Below, piece by piece: positions 50,092 to 63,123 of a stretch of DNA of 64,000 nt. A model generated the notes under the pieces. The model ran no database searches and had not been told where the DNA came from. It was given only the letters and a program-made list of their open reading frames with translations. The stretch is taken from NCBI GenBank assembly GCA_965219385.1, contig CBDCNM010000002.1, forward strand, positions 4,102,305 to 4,166,304, in the 5' to 3' direction. The number at the start of each line of letters is the position of its first letter. The stretch's first letter is position 1. A program made the position numbers and the translations under genes. The DNA comes from Candidatus Latescibacterota bacterium. GTDB taxonomy: Bacteria; Latescibacterota; UBA2968; UBA8231.

Positions 50092-50327
50092 CCGGCGCTT
50101 GCAAAAACTCGCCTGGCGTACCGCAGCCCGCCGCTAACGGATCAGTACCATACGTTTCATTGCCCAGGTACGGTTGTAATCCCGCAGCCGGTAGACATAG
50201 ACCCCACTGCCCCCGAGTGTCTTGACAAGGTCGATAAAGGGCCTTATCGTTCCTATCCGTTCGATAAACGGTGCTTGTTATGCCTATCCGTTAAGCCAAA
50301 TGGGCACGTTCCCGGGAGGAGACGACA

Positions 50328-52091
50328 GTGATGAAGCTTGACCGTTCTCAGCTCGAATTCTGCCGCTCGGACGCGGACCACATCCGGCTGTTGGCGCCCG
50401 CAGGGTGCGGCAAAACGTTTGCACTGTTGCGTCGGTGCCGTGAGCTAGCCGGCCGGGCGCGCCGCGCCGAACGATTTCTGGTCGTCACGTTTACCAAATC
50501 GGCGACCACGGAGCTCGAGCTGCGACTCGCGCGCGATCGGGATTTTGATTCGATCCGGGAACAGGTGACCATCAGCACGCTGAACGCGTACGGTTTCCGT
50601 CGGATGCGCAGTGAATTGCGAAGTACGAAGTTACTGGCGTCCAGAAATGACCGACATTTCGCGCTCCGCAATCAGCTGCAGCCGCTTTGGAGCGATAAGC
50701 CACATCTGGAAGGCGCAATCGTCCGTCGGGGAAACGGCGCGCGGCAGCTGATGACTGTGATGGACAGCCTGAAGGCGCTCGGTTTCGATCACACCAGGGA
50801 CACCAACTTCGATAGGTTCAGCGAACGTCTGCAGCGACTACGGGGTCAAGGCTTGGACGCGCAAATCGACGCTCAGTTTGACGTACTGACGAGCCTGAAG
50901 GTGTTGGAGAGCAAGGCCCGCAATGGCGAAGAAGGGCCGGCAGACAGCCCGCGGCAAATGTACAACCGGTTCTTCACCTTCTGGCGCGAGGCGGTCTCGC
51001 GCCTGCACGAGGAGTCAACCTTTACCTTCGAGGACCAGAAGTACTGGTGTTGGCTCGACCTCCGGTCCCCGGACAACGCGGGCAAACCGAAGCCCCCGGT
51101 GACGGGAGTAGCCCGTTTCGACCACATCCTGATCGACGAGTTTCAAGACATTAACCCACTCGACCTGGAACTGATTCGGACGCTGGCGGACCGACACCGC
51201 GCGAGCATCACGATCACCGGTGACGACGACCAGGCCATCTTCGAGTGGCGCGGAGCTACGCCTCCGATGGCGGACCTGTGCAGATGGCGACTGACCTGGA
51301 TGTCTTCGCGAGCACGGCTTTTGACGGTCTCCTCCACCTGCTCAAAATCTGGGACCGACGCGACGACCGACGGCGTCCTCGAAAGGTGATTGATGACGCC
51401 GTCGACGTGTTCAATACCATCCGTCGTGCGCCCTTCAGCAAAAAGAATGATCGCGAGGTCCGCACCTTTCTCAAGGGTCTGGATGTGCGCACCTGTGCGG
51501 ACGCTATCGAGTCGATGGCCGACTACGACGGGCCTAGGTTGTCCGGCAAAACTCACGAAAACCTCGCCAGCGCGGGCAGCAATTTTATTTGCACAGGTGA
51601 AGTGTGGGAAGCGATCAACGCGATCGCCGATGGATTCGACGGCCTGCGATTCGATTTTGAGAAGGCTGAAGACGACGTGTGGTTCACTGACCCGCCACTC
51701 AAGCAGTTGGCCGATATAGCCCACGAGCAGCAAATGAATGTGGACGACCTGATCGACCGCCTGAAGCAAGCTCGCGATCAGCTGCAGCACTATCAGGGAT
51801 TCGAGGACGATTCGGACGATGGGGGGCGACGACGCTGAGCGTCCGCTGCACCTGATGACGGCAACCCGGGCGAAGGGCAAAGAGTTCGACACCGTCATCA
51901 TGCTCGACACGGTCGAGAAAATCTGGCCGCACAAGCGCGCACGCTCCGTCCGAGAAATCGAGGCCGAGCGACGGCTCTTCTACGTCGCCTTCACACGGGC
52001 GCGCCAGCGCGTGATCATGGCTCACGGCCGAGGGCGCACCGACCAGCCGCTTCGTCATGGAGCTGGGGCTCTAAAAAGTTTCCGGTATTGA
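50328..52091 (+). pseudogene. UvrD/PcrA-like SF1 helicase, internally deleted and frameshifted
   Basis: [13 protein letters not shown] and [13 protein letters not shown] in one frame; RAKGKEFD and EAERRLFYVAFTRA in another frame. Confidence 0.8.
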
Positions 52092-52173
52092 CAACACACC
52101 CGGGGTCAGCGGCGGAGAACCTTGCATTGTTCGCAGCCGCATTCCGGTCTGGGTTTTGGTGCAGGCCAGCAAA

Positions 52174-52477
52174 TTAGGCATGGATGAAGCGGACCTTTTG
52201 CGCGCCTACCCCACCTTGAAGGCGGAGGACTTGGCCAATGCCCGGGCCTATTACCGGTCGCACCGGGCGGAGATCGAACAGCAGATCGCCGACAACGAGT
52301 CGGCCTGAGAACGTGGCGCGCCTGTACTCCAATGAGAATTTCCCCTTGCCGGTGGTGGAGGCGCTTTGCCGGCTGGGCTACGACGTGTTGACCATTCAGG
52401 AAACAGGCAAAGGGAGTCAAAGCATCGAGGACGAGAAGGTTCTGGAATTTGCCTGTGACGACGACCGGATACTTCTC
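52174..52477 (+). pseudogene. DUF433 + DUF5615(PIN-like) TA relic
   Basis: LLRAYPTLKAEDLANARAYY, stop at 52308. GTG at 52313 gives ARLYSNENFP...DEKVLEFA...RILL, truncated. Confidence 0.7.
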
Positions 52478-52724
52478 GCCCTGAAGGTCGAGGACGATGT
52501 CGGCGAGACAGTCGGCGATTGCCTCGAACATGCGCTCCCCTTTTTCCGCCGAGCCGTAGGTGGGGACGCCGTCGGTAACCCAGCTGGCGGACGGCACCAT
52601 TGCCGTGGCCTTCTACGTGACCGAGGAGCACGTGACCTACGTGCGCTGTTGCCGGATGAAGGAGATGGACTGAACCCCTGTTTCGCGCCACCAGATCGGG
52701 ATCAAATGCTCGATTATATCCCCG

Positions 52725-54298
<1,574 letters not shown>

Positions 54299-54302
<4 letters not shown>

Positions 54303-56052
54303 TGCGTATGGACACAGACGATATCAAACGCCAACTGGATTCAGGTGAGGATAGCTACTGGGAGTTCAAGCAGGTCGAGTTTCGCGCCGACCGTCCGACG
54401 GCGCCAAAACGAAACGACTTGGCAGATGAAATAGCGGCTTTTGCCAATGCCGGCGGCGGTGTGCTGCTCTGTGGTGTCACCGACGCCGGTGAAGTACAGG
54501 GCATGTCGCGAGAACAAATGAACGCTTTGGAACGCATGGTCGTCGAGCTGTGTTCTCACTCGATCAAGCCACCGCTCTTCGACGTAGCCATTACCCGCCA
54601 CAAACTCGACGACAAAGCACTGTTGGCCGTCTCAGTAGCCAAAGGCACCGCGCAGTACGACAGTCCGGGTGGCAGTTTCCGGCGCGTCGGTAGTTCCAAA
54701 CGCCAGATGGCCAGCGACGAGCGAATGCGATTGGCTCAACAGCGCGGCCAGGCGTGTTATCGCTGGTTCGACGAGCAGCCCGTGCCGAATACCGGGTTCC
54801 GCACGCTGGACGAAACACTTTGGAAGCCGCTGCTCAGCGCGAGCGGACGGGCCGGTCCCGAAACGGCACTGGAAAAACTCGCGCTGTTGGGCAGGGATGA
54901 GAACGGCGCAATGCGAGCCACGGTGGCGGGGATTCTCCTGTGTACCCACGCCCCCGAGCAGTGGCTTCCCAACGCTTGCGTTACCGCGACCCACTATCGT
55001 GGGAAGGACCGGGCATCCGGCCAACTGGATGCCCGGATCATCACGGGTCCGATCAACCAGCAGGTGGCGGACGCAATGGCCTTTGTGATGCGCAACATGC
55101 GCGTTGGGGCGTACAAGAAACCTACCCGCATGGACCTTCCTCAGTACAGTGCCGAAGCACTTTTCGAGGCGATGGTGAATGCCGTCGCTCATCGGGACTA
55201 TTCGATCCGCGGCAGCCGAATTCGAATGTCCATGTTTGCAGACCGCATAGAAATCAATTCGCCGGGTGGACTGGCGAACAATCTCACCATCGACAGCATG
55301 GCAGCTCGGCAAGCGACGCGCAACGAAACCATCGCATCCGCGCTCGGACGAATGCCCGTTGGCGACATTCCCGGGTCCGAAAAGCGTCAATTCTTCATGG
55401 AGCGTCGCGGCGATGGCGTTCCCATTATCCTGCTATCCTGCGCGAGACCGAGGCGTTATGCGGGGAACCCCCCAAGTATTGGATTCTTGCTGAGTCAGAC
55501 CTCTTCCTGACGCTTCCCGCCGCGGCCACGAATGCCACGCCAGCCACTGTCGCGGTGACGGTTCGTCGAGACGGTCACCCGGTCGCGGGAGCCGATTTGC
55601 TGGCGCTGTTTCCCGACAACACTTGGAAACGAGCCATGACAGACGCGAACGGAGAAGCGGCGATGGACTTGTACGCGACGAACCTTCCCATGACGGTGTA
55701 CGTCGCCGCCAAGGGCTTTGCCGCACACCTTGAACGTGGGTGGGTCCCGGGGGATGGTGCGCTGGCCGTGGAACTCAAACCCCTTTCCGGCGGCGGCGCG
55801 GTGATTCTTCCCGAGGCAACCGGTGACATTCCCGGGCTCAAGGGGCGTCTGAATCCTAAACGAGACACCCTCGACCAGACCTATCTCTACGCCTCGAACA
55901 TCGCCATCAACCAGGGCCAGCAGCAGCCGGTGCATTTTGCACTTGGGGAAGACCTGAGGCTCACCGATGTCAATGGCGTCGAGATGACCGCGCGGATCGT
56001 GGAAATCGTGGGACGGTCGGCACTGGTCGAGTACCGGCCATTCAAGCCGTGA
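54299..56052 (+). pseudogene. Schlafen/AlbA_2 + HATPase-like (RecG-C-like) protein, frameshifted by an 8-bp duplication
   Basis: GEDSYWEFK, AFANAGGG, NAVAHRDY and SPGG motifs. TATCCTGC is duplicated at 55426-55441. Confidence 0.8.
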
Positions 56053-56091
56053 TTAATGGCTGGAAAGACCACTTTATCAGGAGACCGTCCG

Positions 56092-56400
56092 ATGATACCT
56101 ATTGTCGAGAAACGGGTCGGCGAACTGGAACAGCTTTGCGTCCGCTACAACGTGTCGCGGCTGGACCTGTTCGGCTCGGCTGTTACCGGCGAACACCGCC
56201 CGGAGGAGAGCGACCTGGACTTCGTGGTCGAGTTTCAGCCGGAGGCTTTCGAAGCTTATGCCGACGCTTACTTCGGATTGCTGGAGTCACTGGAGCGGCT
56301 TTTCGGACGGCCCGTGGATCTGGTGGTCGGCTCGGCCATCAAAAACCCTTACTTCCTGCAATCAGTGGAGCAGACGAGGACTCCCGTCTATGCGGCTTGA
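56092..56400 (+). CDS. MNT (minimal nucleotidyltransferase) antitoxin; its HEPN/DUF86 partner appears reduced to a stub
   Basis: LFGSA...SDLDF motif. Overlapping ATG at 56390 gives MRLEAS then a stop. Confidence 0.8.
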   Translation: MIPIVEKRVGELEQLCVRYNVSRLDLFGSAVTGEHRPEESDLDFVVEFQPEAFEAYADAYFGLLESLERLFGRPVDLVVGSAIKNPYFLQSVEQTRTPVYAA

Positions 56401-56412
56401 AGCCAGCTAGTT

Positions 56413-56604
56413 ATGCCCAAGGTTAGAGAAGCAATGGGATTGATTGAGCGGGACGGATGGCGGTTGGTTCGTACCAGAGGAAGCCACCGCCAATTCAAAC
56501 ATCCAGTCAAACCCGGCCGGGTAACCATTCCCGGCAAGCCAGGCGATGACCTGCCCCCAGGCACCTGGAACAGCATATTGAAACAATCCGGCCTGAAGGA
56601 GTAA
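56413..56604 (+). CDS. hicA: HicA toxin
   Basis: DGWRLVRTRGSHRQFKHP...VTIPG. Confidence 0.9.
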   Translation: MPKVREAMGLIERDGWRLVRTRGSHRQFKHPVKPGRVTIPGKPGDDLPPGTWNSILKQSGLKE

Positions 56605-56612
56605 ACCAGCCC

Positions 56613-56831
56613 ATGAAATACACCGTCGTAATCGAGAAGACCCCCAACAACTACGCCGCTTATGTGCCCGACCTGCCCGGTTGCGTGGCGACGGCGAGCA
56701 CCCGGGAAGAGTTGCTGGAAGAAATCCGCGAGGCCATCGGGTTCCATATCGAAGGTATGCGTGAAGATGGCGACCCCGTCCCGGAACCCCAAGCCACTTC
56801 CACAGTGGTGGAGGTGGCAGAGATAATGTAG
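56613..56831 (+). CDS. hicB: HicB antitoxin
   Basis: YAAYVPDLPGCVAT...EAIGFH. Confidence 0.9.
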   Translation: MKYTVVIEKTPNNYAAYVPDLPGCVATASTREELLEEIREAIGFHIEGMREDGDPVPEPQATSTVVEVAEIM

Positions 56832-57163
56832 GCCAGGGTGGATGACTGAGCGACTGGCGTTGAGGTGTGGGCTTACGGCAGCCGCGTCAATGGCCATAGT
56901 CAAGAGATTCGCGACCTGCACTTGGTCCTGAGGATTCCCATGTAAAGTTGTCCCCCGAGATTGAAGATGTCGAGAGTCATGTACCCAGCGGGGATGCGCA
57001 GCTCGATGGCAGTCTGGGCGTTGAATGGATTGGGCGCGTTCTGCCCCAGTATCGGCGCTGAAGGCCCGGTGGACCGGGGTGCGGCAACCGCCGTGGGGGT
57101 TTCTCCCAGGTCAGGATGACGAACAGTGATTCCGGTGGTTGCGGAGCGCAGCGGATGGCAGGC

Positions 57164-57197
57164 TTGACACCACGCAACAGGTAATTACTATAATTAC
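57164..57197 (+). promoter_or_regulatory. Promoter with overlapping operator palindrome for the mazEF-like pair
   Basis: TTGACA at 57164. GTAATTA-CTA-TAATTAC inverted repeat covers a TACTAT/TATAAT -10. Confidence 0.6.
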
Positions 57198-57227
57198 AAT
57201 TATTCTTTTCAGGAGAAGCTCCAAGCA

Positions 57228-57470
57228 ATGGCAACCAGAGCCGTCAAATTGATCTCCATCGGCAACTCAAAGGGCATCCGCATTCCCAAGGTCTTGCTGC
57301 AAAAATATGGTTGGGGAGACTCCCTCGTCCTCGAAGAAACCGAGGAGGGGATCTTCCTCTACAGCAACGAAAAGAACAAGCTCTCCTGGAAAGAAACCTA
57401 CCGCGCCATGGCGGCCGACCGCGAAGACTGGAGCGATCTCGACACCACGGTCGCTGATGGTCTCGATTGA
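57228..57470 (+). CDS. AbrB/MazE antitoxin
   Basis: KLISIGNSKGIRIPK. Confidence 0.85.
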   Translation: MATRAVKLISIGNSKGIRIPKVLLQKYGWGDSLVLEETEEGIFLYSNEKNKLSWKETYRAMAADREDWSDLDTTVADGLD

Positions 57471-57802
57471 TGGCGGCTTTTCCGCAGCGATACGCCATCT
57501 ACTTTGCCGATCTCAATCCCACCGTGGGAGGGGAAATCCGCAAGGTGCGTCCGGTGGTCGTGGTCAGTCAGAATGAGATGAATCAGTTTCTCGATACGGT
57601 GGTCGTCTGTCCTCTCACCTCCGCGTTGCATCCTCAGTGGCGGAGCCGGCTGCAAATCCGATGTGCGGGGAAGAAAGCTGAAATTGCCGTGGGCCAGATA
57701 CGCACAATCAGCAAGCAGCGACTGAGGGACCAGATCGACAGGTTGTCCGCCGAAGCAGCGGCTCAACTCCGACGCCTTATCACGGAGATGTACGGAGAAT
57801 AG
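57470..57802 (+). CDS. PemK/MazF toxin
   Basis: LNPTVGGEIRKVRPVVVVS, CPLTS and QIRTISKQRL. Confidence 0.9.
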   Translation: MAAFPQRYAIYFADLNPTVGGEIRKVRPVVVVSQNEMNQFLDTVVVCPLTSALHPQWRSRLQIRCAGKKAEIAVGQIRTISKQRLRDQIDRLSAEAAAQLRRLITEMYGE

Positions 57803-57976
57803 CGATCTGACCAAGTATGGAGGAGGCAGCACAATGATTCGTCCGATCGAGGTACGCCCGCGAGTTGCCAACAGGATCAACCGGTAGTGGCAGATCTGCT
57901 TTGCCTGGCCAGGCGGTCCGGGGCCAACTGGCGTCGAGATCGTGGACTACCATTAATCAGGAGGAGGGACGCTGGC

Positions 57977-58198
57977 ATGTTCAAACGCGCAGTTCATCCC
58001 GGTGAGGTTCTGAGAGACGAGTTGGCCGAGTTCGGCATAACCCCGACGGCATTCGCCCGCCAGATAGACGTGCCGCCCAATCGCGTCAGCCAGATCATCG
58101 CCGGCAAGCGCTTCCAGACGCAGTTCGATCTCGCCACAGCCGAGCAGCGGGCCGGCGCCGCCGTGCGGGAGTTTCCCACGGCCGCCGCGGGCCGGTAG
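57977..58198 (+). pseudogene. HigA antitoxin, internally deleted
   Basis: VHPGEVL...VSQIIAGKR joined directly to FQTQFDL. Confidence 0.7.
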
Positions 58199-58260
58199 CG
58201 CGCGGCCATAAAAGCTAATCTCAAGAGCCTGGGGTTTGGAGTAAGCATGGAGAGAAAGCA

Positions 58261-58503
58261 ATGATTCGTCCGACTGAAGTGGAAGCCGGCAAGGGATACA
58301 GGTTATGGCTCCGCTACTCTGATGGGACCGCCGGAGAGGTCGACCTGTCTCATCTTGCCGGATGCGGGGTCTTTGCCGCGTGGAAAGAACCAGGGTGCTT
58401 TGAAGAGGTCCACATCGCCCGCCATAGGGCTATCGCCTGGGCTGAAGACCTTGAGCCCTGCCCGGATGCGCTTTACATGCAGCTCACCGGCCAGTTTGAG
58501 TAA
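58261..58503 (+). CDS. DUF2442-family protein
   Basis: YRLWLRYSDG...IAW...PDALY. A 5' stub of the same family lies at 57834. Confidence 0.75.
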   Translation: MIRPTEVEAGKGYRLWLRYSDGTAGEVDLSHLAGCGVFAAWKEPGCFEEVHIARHRAIAWAEDLEPCPDALYMQLTGQFE

Positions 58504-58554
58504 CCAACCAATGAGATACACTGTCGTAATTGAAAAGACTCCCAAACTCGGGGA

Positions 58555-59305
58555 TTGAAAGCCATCGAAGACTCCGCGGAGCATTGCCACGTGAAAGACC
58601 CAAGGCTACAAGCATATGCCGATCGGATGAAGGAGATCGTAAGACGAAGTAACGTAATCGATGCCTTCATTACGAGAGAAATCACTGCACTATATTTGCC
58701 GACCACCGTTGAATCCATTTACCTGCAGTTTCGTTCCATCTTGGAATTGATTGCGACAGCCTCGCTGATCGTAAATGACAGACAGAGCGGTGCTCAAATT
58801 GAGCGAGAACGGGCGAAGGAAGTGGGCTGCCGGCGATATTCTTAAAGCTATTCAAGAAATAAACCCGAATTTCTACTACCCTAAGCCGATCCGTGCGAAT
58901 GAATCGAGAATTCCTGGAATTAAATACGACCATATGGAATTCAAAGGAGACTATCTGACAAGAGAACAGTTTGATACGTTATATGACGTCTGCAGCAAGG
59001 CCATTCACGTTCAAAATCCTTTTGACGAAAACTCACCTGTTAAAGACTATGAGAGATTGCTAAATGACGCGCTAAAGTGGCGACGGAGAATACGTGAGCT
59101 TCTAGTGCACCACGAATTTAGATTGATTGAGGACGACAACATGTACATTACTTTGGTCCGGGATGAACAGTACGGCGACCCAGTAGTTTGGACATTCTCC
59201 CCTGTCGACTCCGATCTCGGTGATGAAGGTAACTCAAAGAGCCCAGCTTTAGGAGTTAACACGCTTCGGAACAACGAGGAAGGCCATGGCCCTCGAACTG
59301 GATAG
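58555..59305 (+). pseudogene. Hypothetical AT-rich gene, apparently frameshifted at the GACAGACAGA repeat (~58777)
   Basis: Overlapping ORFs 58555..58845 and 58775..59305 join if one ACAG unit is removed. Confidence 0.55.
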
Positions 59306-59708
59306 CCTGCGAAACTCCATCAAGGCGCTCACAGACCTGCTGGCGGTCAGCGAGAATGAGGCTCGCATGGGGCAGTTGAGCGAGGTCGAGCGGAATGGTA
59401 TCCGCTCCGGCGTCATACAGAACTTCGAGGTTGCCTACGAGCTCTCCTGGAAGCTAATGGCGCGCTGGCTGAACACCTATGTCGGCCCTGGGGTTGCGGA
59501 TGGCGTTACCAGGCGTCAACTGTTCCGCCTCGCCGCTGAGAATCGTCTCATTCCCGACGTGGACCTGTGGATGCAGCACCACGAAGCAAGGAACACCACA
59601 TCCCACATCTACGACGAAGAGAAGGCCGTGCTGGTCTACAGAGCTACCAGGGAGTTCGCACACGACGCACGGCTGCTGCTGGAGGCCTTGGAAGCGCGCA
59701 ATGATTGA
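59286..59708 (+). CDS. HEPN toxin (HI0074-like nucleotidyltransferase substrate-binding family)
   Basis: IQNFEVAYELSWK and RNTTSHIY motifs. Confidence 0.85.
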   Translation: MALELDSLRNSIKALTDLLAVSENEARMGQLSEVERNGIRSGVIQNFEVAYELSWKLMARWLNTYVGPGVADGVTRRQLFRLAAENRLIPDVDLWMQHHEARNTTSHIYDEEKAVLVYRATREFAHDARLLLEALEARND

Positions 59709-61326
59709 CATGAACCCCAGTCACCTTGGAACGGTCAAGGCCATCCTCGCGGAGCACGTCCCGGAATGTGAGGTTCGGGCCTTCGGTTCCCGTGCGACGT
59801 GGACCGCCAAGGACTACTCCGATCTCGACTTGGCCGTCCTCGGTGAGGGGCCGTTGGACTGGAAGACGCTCAGCCGTCTGAAGGAAGCCTTTGAGGAGTC
59901 CGACCTGCCCATGCGGGTTGATGTGCTCGATTGGCATGCCATATCCGCGAGCTTCAGGGAAGTGATAGCGAGGGAATACGTGGTGTTGTGGGAGGGAGCC
60001 AAACAAATACCACCGGGTCAGTGGGCCGAGGTAAAGCTGGGGGATGTCTGTACGAAGATTGGCAGTGGTGCGACGCCCCGTGGAGGCAAGGAAGCCTACG
60101 TGCAAAACGGACCCTATGCCCTTATTAGGAGTCAAAACGTTTATAACACGGGATTTACCCGTGACGGCTTGGCTTTCCTAAGTGACGAGCAGGCTGAAGC
60201 CCTCCAAAACGTCGAAGTCTTACCCGAAGATGTGCTGCTGAACATCACCGGCGATTCTGTCGCCCGTGTGTGTCAGGTGGATCCTCTGGTTCTACCGGCT
60301 CGTGTAAACCAGCATGTAGCGATCATTCGCCCAGACCCCGACAAATTGGATCCGGCCTACTTGCGCTATTACCTCGCCGCTCCGGAAGTCCAAGCAATGC
60401 TCTTGTCGTGGGCAGGTTCGGGTGGCACCCGGAACGCACTTACGAAACAGATGATCGAATCGTTTGAAATCCAGGCTCCCTCAGATTTGACTGAGCAGCG
60501 CGCCATCGCCCACATCCTCGGAACACTGGACGACAAGATCAAGCTGAACCGACGCATGAACGAGACGCTGGAGGAGATGGCACGGGGGCTGTTCAAATCG
60601 TGGTTCATGGACTTTGAGCCGGTGCGCGCCAAAATGGAGGGCCGCTGGCATCGCGGCCAGTCGCTGCCCGGCCTGCCCGCAGAGTACTACGATCTCTTTC
60701 CCGGCTGGCTGGTGCCCTCGGAATTTGGAGAGATCCCGAAGGGGTGGGAGGTTGGAGTTCTGGACGATGTTATAGAAATTTTGAGCGGGGGAACTCCCAG
60801 CACATCGGTATCTGACTATTGGGATGGAGACATTCCTTGGTACACCGCGAAGGACGCTCCCGCCTTAAGCGACATCTTCGTGTTGACTACTGAAAGGGCA
60901 ATAAGCCAAGCAGGGGTTGACAATAGTTCAACAAAGGTTCTCCCCGCAGGAACAACCGTTATCACTGCCCGAGGTACGGTGGGTCGGCTGGCCTGTCTTG
61001 GAATCCCTATGGCCATGAATCAGACATGTTATGGAATCCGTGGTGTCCCAGGTTACCCAGATTACTTCACCTATTGGAACCTCAGACACACGGTAAGCGA
61101 ATTGCAGGCCAGAACACACGGCACTATATTCGACACCATCACTCGTGAGACTTTCAAAATCGCCGAAATAGTGCTGGCACCTACCTATGTGATGCGAGCG
61201 TTTGAATGTGTCGTGACCCCAAAAATGAAACGTATCCTTGGAAACCTTAACGAGTCCCGGTTGCTAGCAGCCCAACGTAGTGCCCTGCTGCCGAAGCTGG
61301 TTTCGGGGGAAGTGAGGGTGGAATAA
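59701..61326 (+). CDS. hsdS: MNT antitoxin domain fused in frame to the type I RM specificity subunit
   Basis: AFGSRA...SDLDLAV in the first ~100 aa, then WAEVKLG, SGATP, EQRAIAHILGTLDDKI, a second TRD and LLPKLVSGE. Confidence 0.88.
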   Translation: MIDMNPSHLGTVKAILAEHVPECEVRAFGSRATWTAKDYSDLDLAVLGEGPLDWKTLSRLKEAFEESDLPMRVDVLDWHAISASFREVIAREYVVLWEGAKQIPPGQWAEVKLGDVCTKIGSGATPRGGKEAYVQNGPYALIRSQNVYNTGFTRDGLAFLSDEQAEALQNVEVLPEDVLLNITGDSVARVCQVDPLVLPARVNQHVAIIRPDPDKLDPAYLRYYLAAPEVQAMLLSWAGSGGTRNALTKQMIESFEIQAPSDLTEQRAIAHILGTLDDKIKLNRRMNETLEEMARGLFKSWFMDFEPVRAKMEGRWHRGQSLPGLPAEYYDLFPGWLVPSEFGEIPKGWEVGVLDDVIEILSGGTPSTSVSDYWDGDIPWYTAKDAPALSDIFVLTTERAISQAGVDNSSTKVLPAGTTVITARGTVGRLACLGIPMAMNQTCYGIRGVPGYPDYFTYWNLRHTVSELQARTHGTIFDTITRETFKIAEIVLAPTYVMRAFECVVTPKMKRILGNLNESRLLAAQRSALLPKLVSGEVRVE

Positions 61327-61329
61327 AAG

Positions 61330-62586
61330 ATGCCAAAGACACATGACGAGAACCAATTAATTGCCGTAGAGAACACCGACATAGTTGAAATAGATGGCCA
61401 ATCTGTGCATGAGCCCGTCAATGTGATTTTTAGACTATTACCCTCTCCGGGTGTTGTGATCGAGGCGGATGAATTGCCAAACATTGTGCTAAAAAAGGAG
61501 CGTTTTGAGATTGCGTTGAGTAATGGTGCTCGACTTGAAGCTATGGTTCGGTCCTGGAACCCCGGGACGGGCAGGGACTCTTTGATTCCCTCTGTTCAAC
61601 CGGTCAATGTTGTCGACAAGAGGGTTCCTCTCAGGTCGGTTCAATTTAGCATTCTAAACTATCCAGAATTCTACAGCAATCAAATGAAGTGGTGTAGTGA
61701 CGAGGGAACTTCGCGTGCAATTCCACACACAAAGATAGAAGCGTCAGATTGGCGTGTAGAGATTACTGGAGTGATGGATATATTGACCGTAGTAGAGGCC
61801 ATAAAACGAGAAAGAGGCTATGGTATCACATACAACGGCGTCATCACACGCTTAGGCGAGGCCGATTTCACGGTCGAGGAAGTTGAGACACTACTCATGG
61901 CATTGCGAACCTTTTTGTCGTTTGCTCGTGGCACCTCTTGCAGCCTCGCTTTGGTAGAAGGTAAAGACCAATTCGGCCAACGATCGTGGGTCCGATGGGG
62001 GGCACACTACGTCGCACCTGGAAACAGCCGAAAATTATTGTTCGGGAGGCTTGACGGCGAGGATGATATTCACTCCGAGTTATTTCCGAGGTTTTGGTGT
62101 TTGTTTGAAAGTGAGGATGAATGGAAAAGGACCATCCTACGAACAATAGATTGGTATCTTCAAAGCAATGAAAGTTCACCATACGTCGGACTTATTCTCA
62201 CTTTGGCAGCCCTGGAACGATTGTCTTTCCAGGTACTTGGAAGAAGCAAGGAGAAGAAAGAACTCACAGGCGAATTCATCGAAAATGCCCTGAAGAAGTT
62301 GAACATAGAATCAGACCTTCCCAACAGTTGTAAAAAACTAAAGGAAGTCAAAAATTGGGAAAATGGTCCACATGCGTTGACTGAGGTCCGGAACGATTTG
62401 GTGCATCCCAAGGAAAAGCTTGGAAATTTGTCCCACTATGTTCATCATGAAGCATGGAATCTGGGACAGTGGTACATTGAAATGATGTTGCTGAATAAAC
62501 TTGGTTACGAAGGATCGTACGTAAATCGTCTATCGGATTGGAGTGAACAAGGTCAGGTGATTCAGCGTGTGCCGTGGGCTCAATAG
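61330..62586 (+). CDS. HEPN-like protein (ApeA/YopA-like)
   Basis: FLSFARG, IDWYLQSN, AALERL and RNDLVH motifs. AT-rich. Confidence 0.6.
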   Translation: MPKTHDENQLIAVENTDIVEIDGQSVHEPVNVIFRLLPSPGVVIEADELPNIVLKKERFEIALSNGARLEAMVRSWNPGTGRDSLIPSVQPVNVVDKRVPLRSVQFSILNYPEFYSNQMKWCSDEGTSRAIPHTKIEASDWRVEITGVMDILTVVEAIKRERGYGITYNGVITRLGEADFTVEEVETLLMALRTFLSFARGTSCSLALVEGKDQFGQRSWVRWGAHYVAPGNSRKLLFGRLDGEDDIHSELFPRFWCLFESEDEWKRTILRTIDWYLQSNESSPYVGLILTLAALERLSFQVLGRSKEKKELTGEFIENALKKLNIESDLPNSCKKLKEVKNWENGPHALTEVRNDLVHPKEKLGNLSHYVHHEAWNLGQWYIEMMLLNKLGYEGSYVNRLSDWSEQGQVIQRVPWAQ

Positions 62587-62719
62587 AGTCGAATCTATGA
62601 CACCGTCACAGAGGCTGATGTCGAAGCCTCGGCGATAGCCTGGCTTGAGGGCCCGGCCGGGGTAACGACTGAGAAATCCATAGATGAATCCCGACGATGA
62701 GCTACGATATGAATTTAAG

Positions 62720-62932
62720 ATGCATAAGTACGAGATTATCATCTACTGGAGCAATGAAGACAGCGCCTTTGTAGCCGAGGCCCCGGAGCTTCCCGGATGC
62801 GCGGCCCACGGCGATACTCAGGAGGCGGCACTGGAGCACATCAACCAGGCCGTGAAGCTGTGGATTGAAACGGCTCGGGAGTTCGGAGACCCCATTCCGG
62901 AACCCAAGGGCGAACGCCTGATGCTGGCGTAG
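62720..62932 (+). CDS. hicB: Orphan HicB antitoxin
   Basis: YEIIIYWS...PELPGCAAHGDT...IPEPKG. Confidence 0.85.
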   Translation: MHKYEIIIYWSNEDSAFVAEAPELPGCAAHGDTQEAALEHINQAVKLWIETAREFGDPIPEPKGERLMLA

Positions 62933-63060
62933 GACCCCTCAATGACCACCCTCACCGAAGCCGAAGTTGATGTTGAAGAAGCGGCCGTGGGCTGGCTGGA
63001 GGGCGTCGGCTGGGCGTATTGCCCTTGGCCCGGACATCGCCCCGGATTTCTCTTGCCAGC

Positions 63061-63095
63061 TTGCCTGACGGACAGTCATAGTCTATTATAGACTA
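63061..63095 (+). promoter_or_regulatory. Promoter/operator of the phd-vapC pair
   Basis: TTGCCT-N17-TATTAT, overlapped by the inverted repeat TAGTCTA-TTA-TAGACTA. Confidence 0.6.
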
Positions 63096-63123
63096 CATCA
63101 ATCTTTCTCAAGGGAGACCAACC

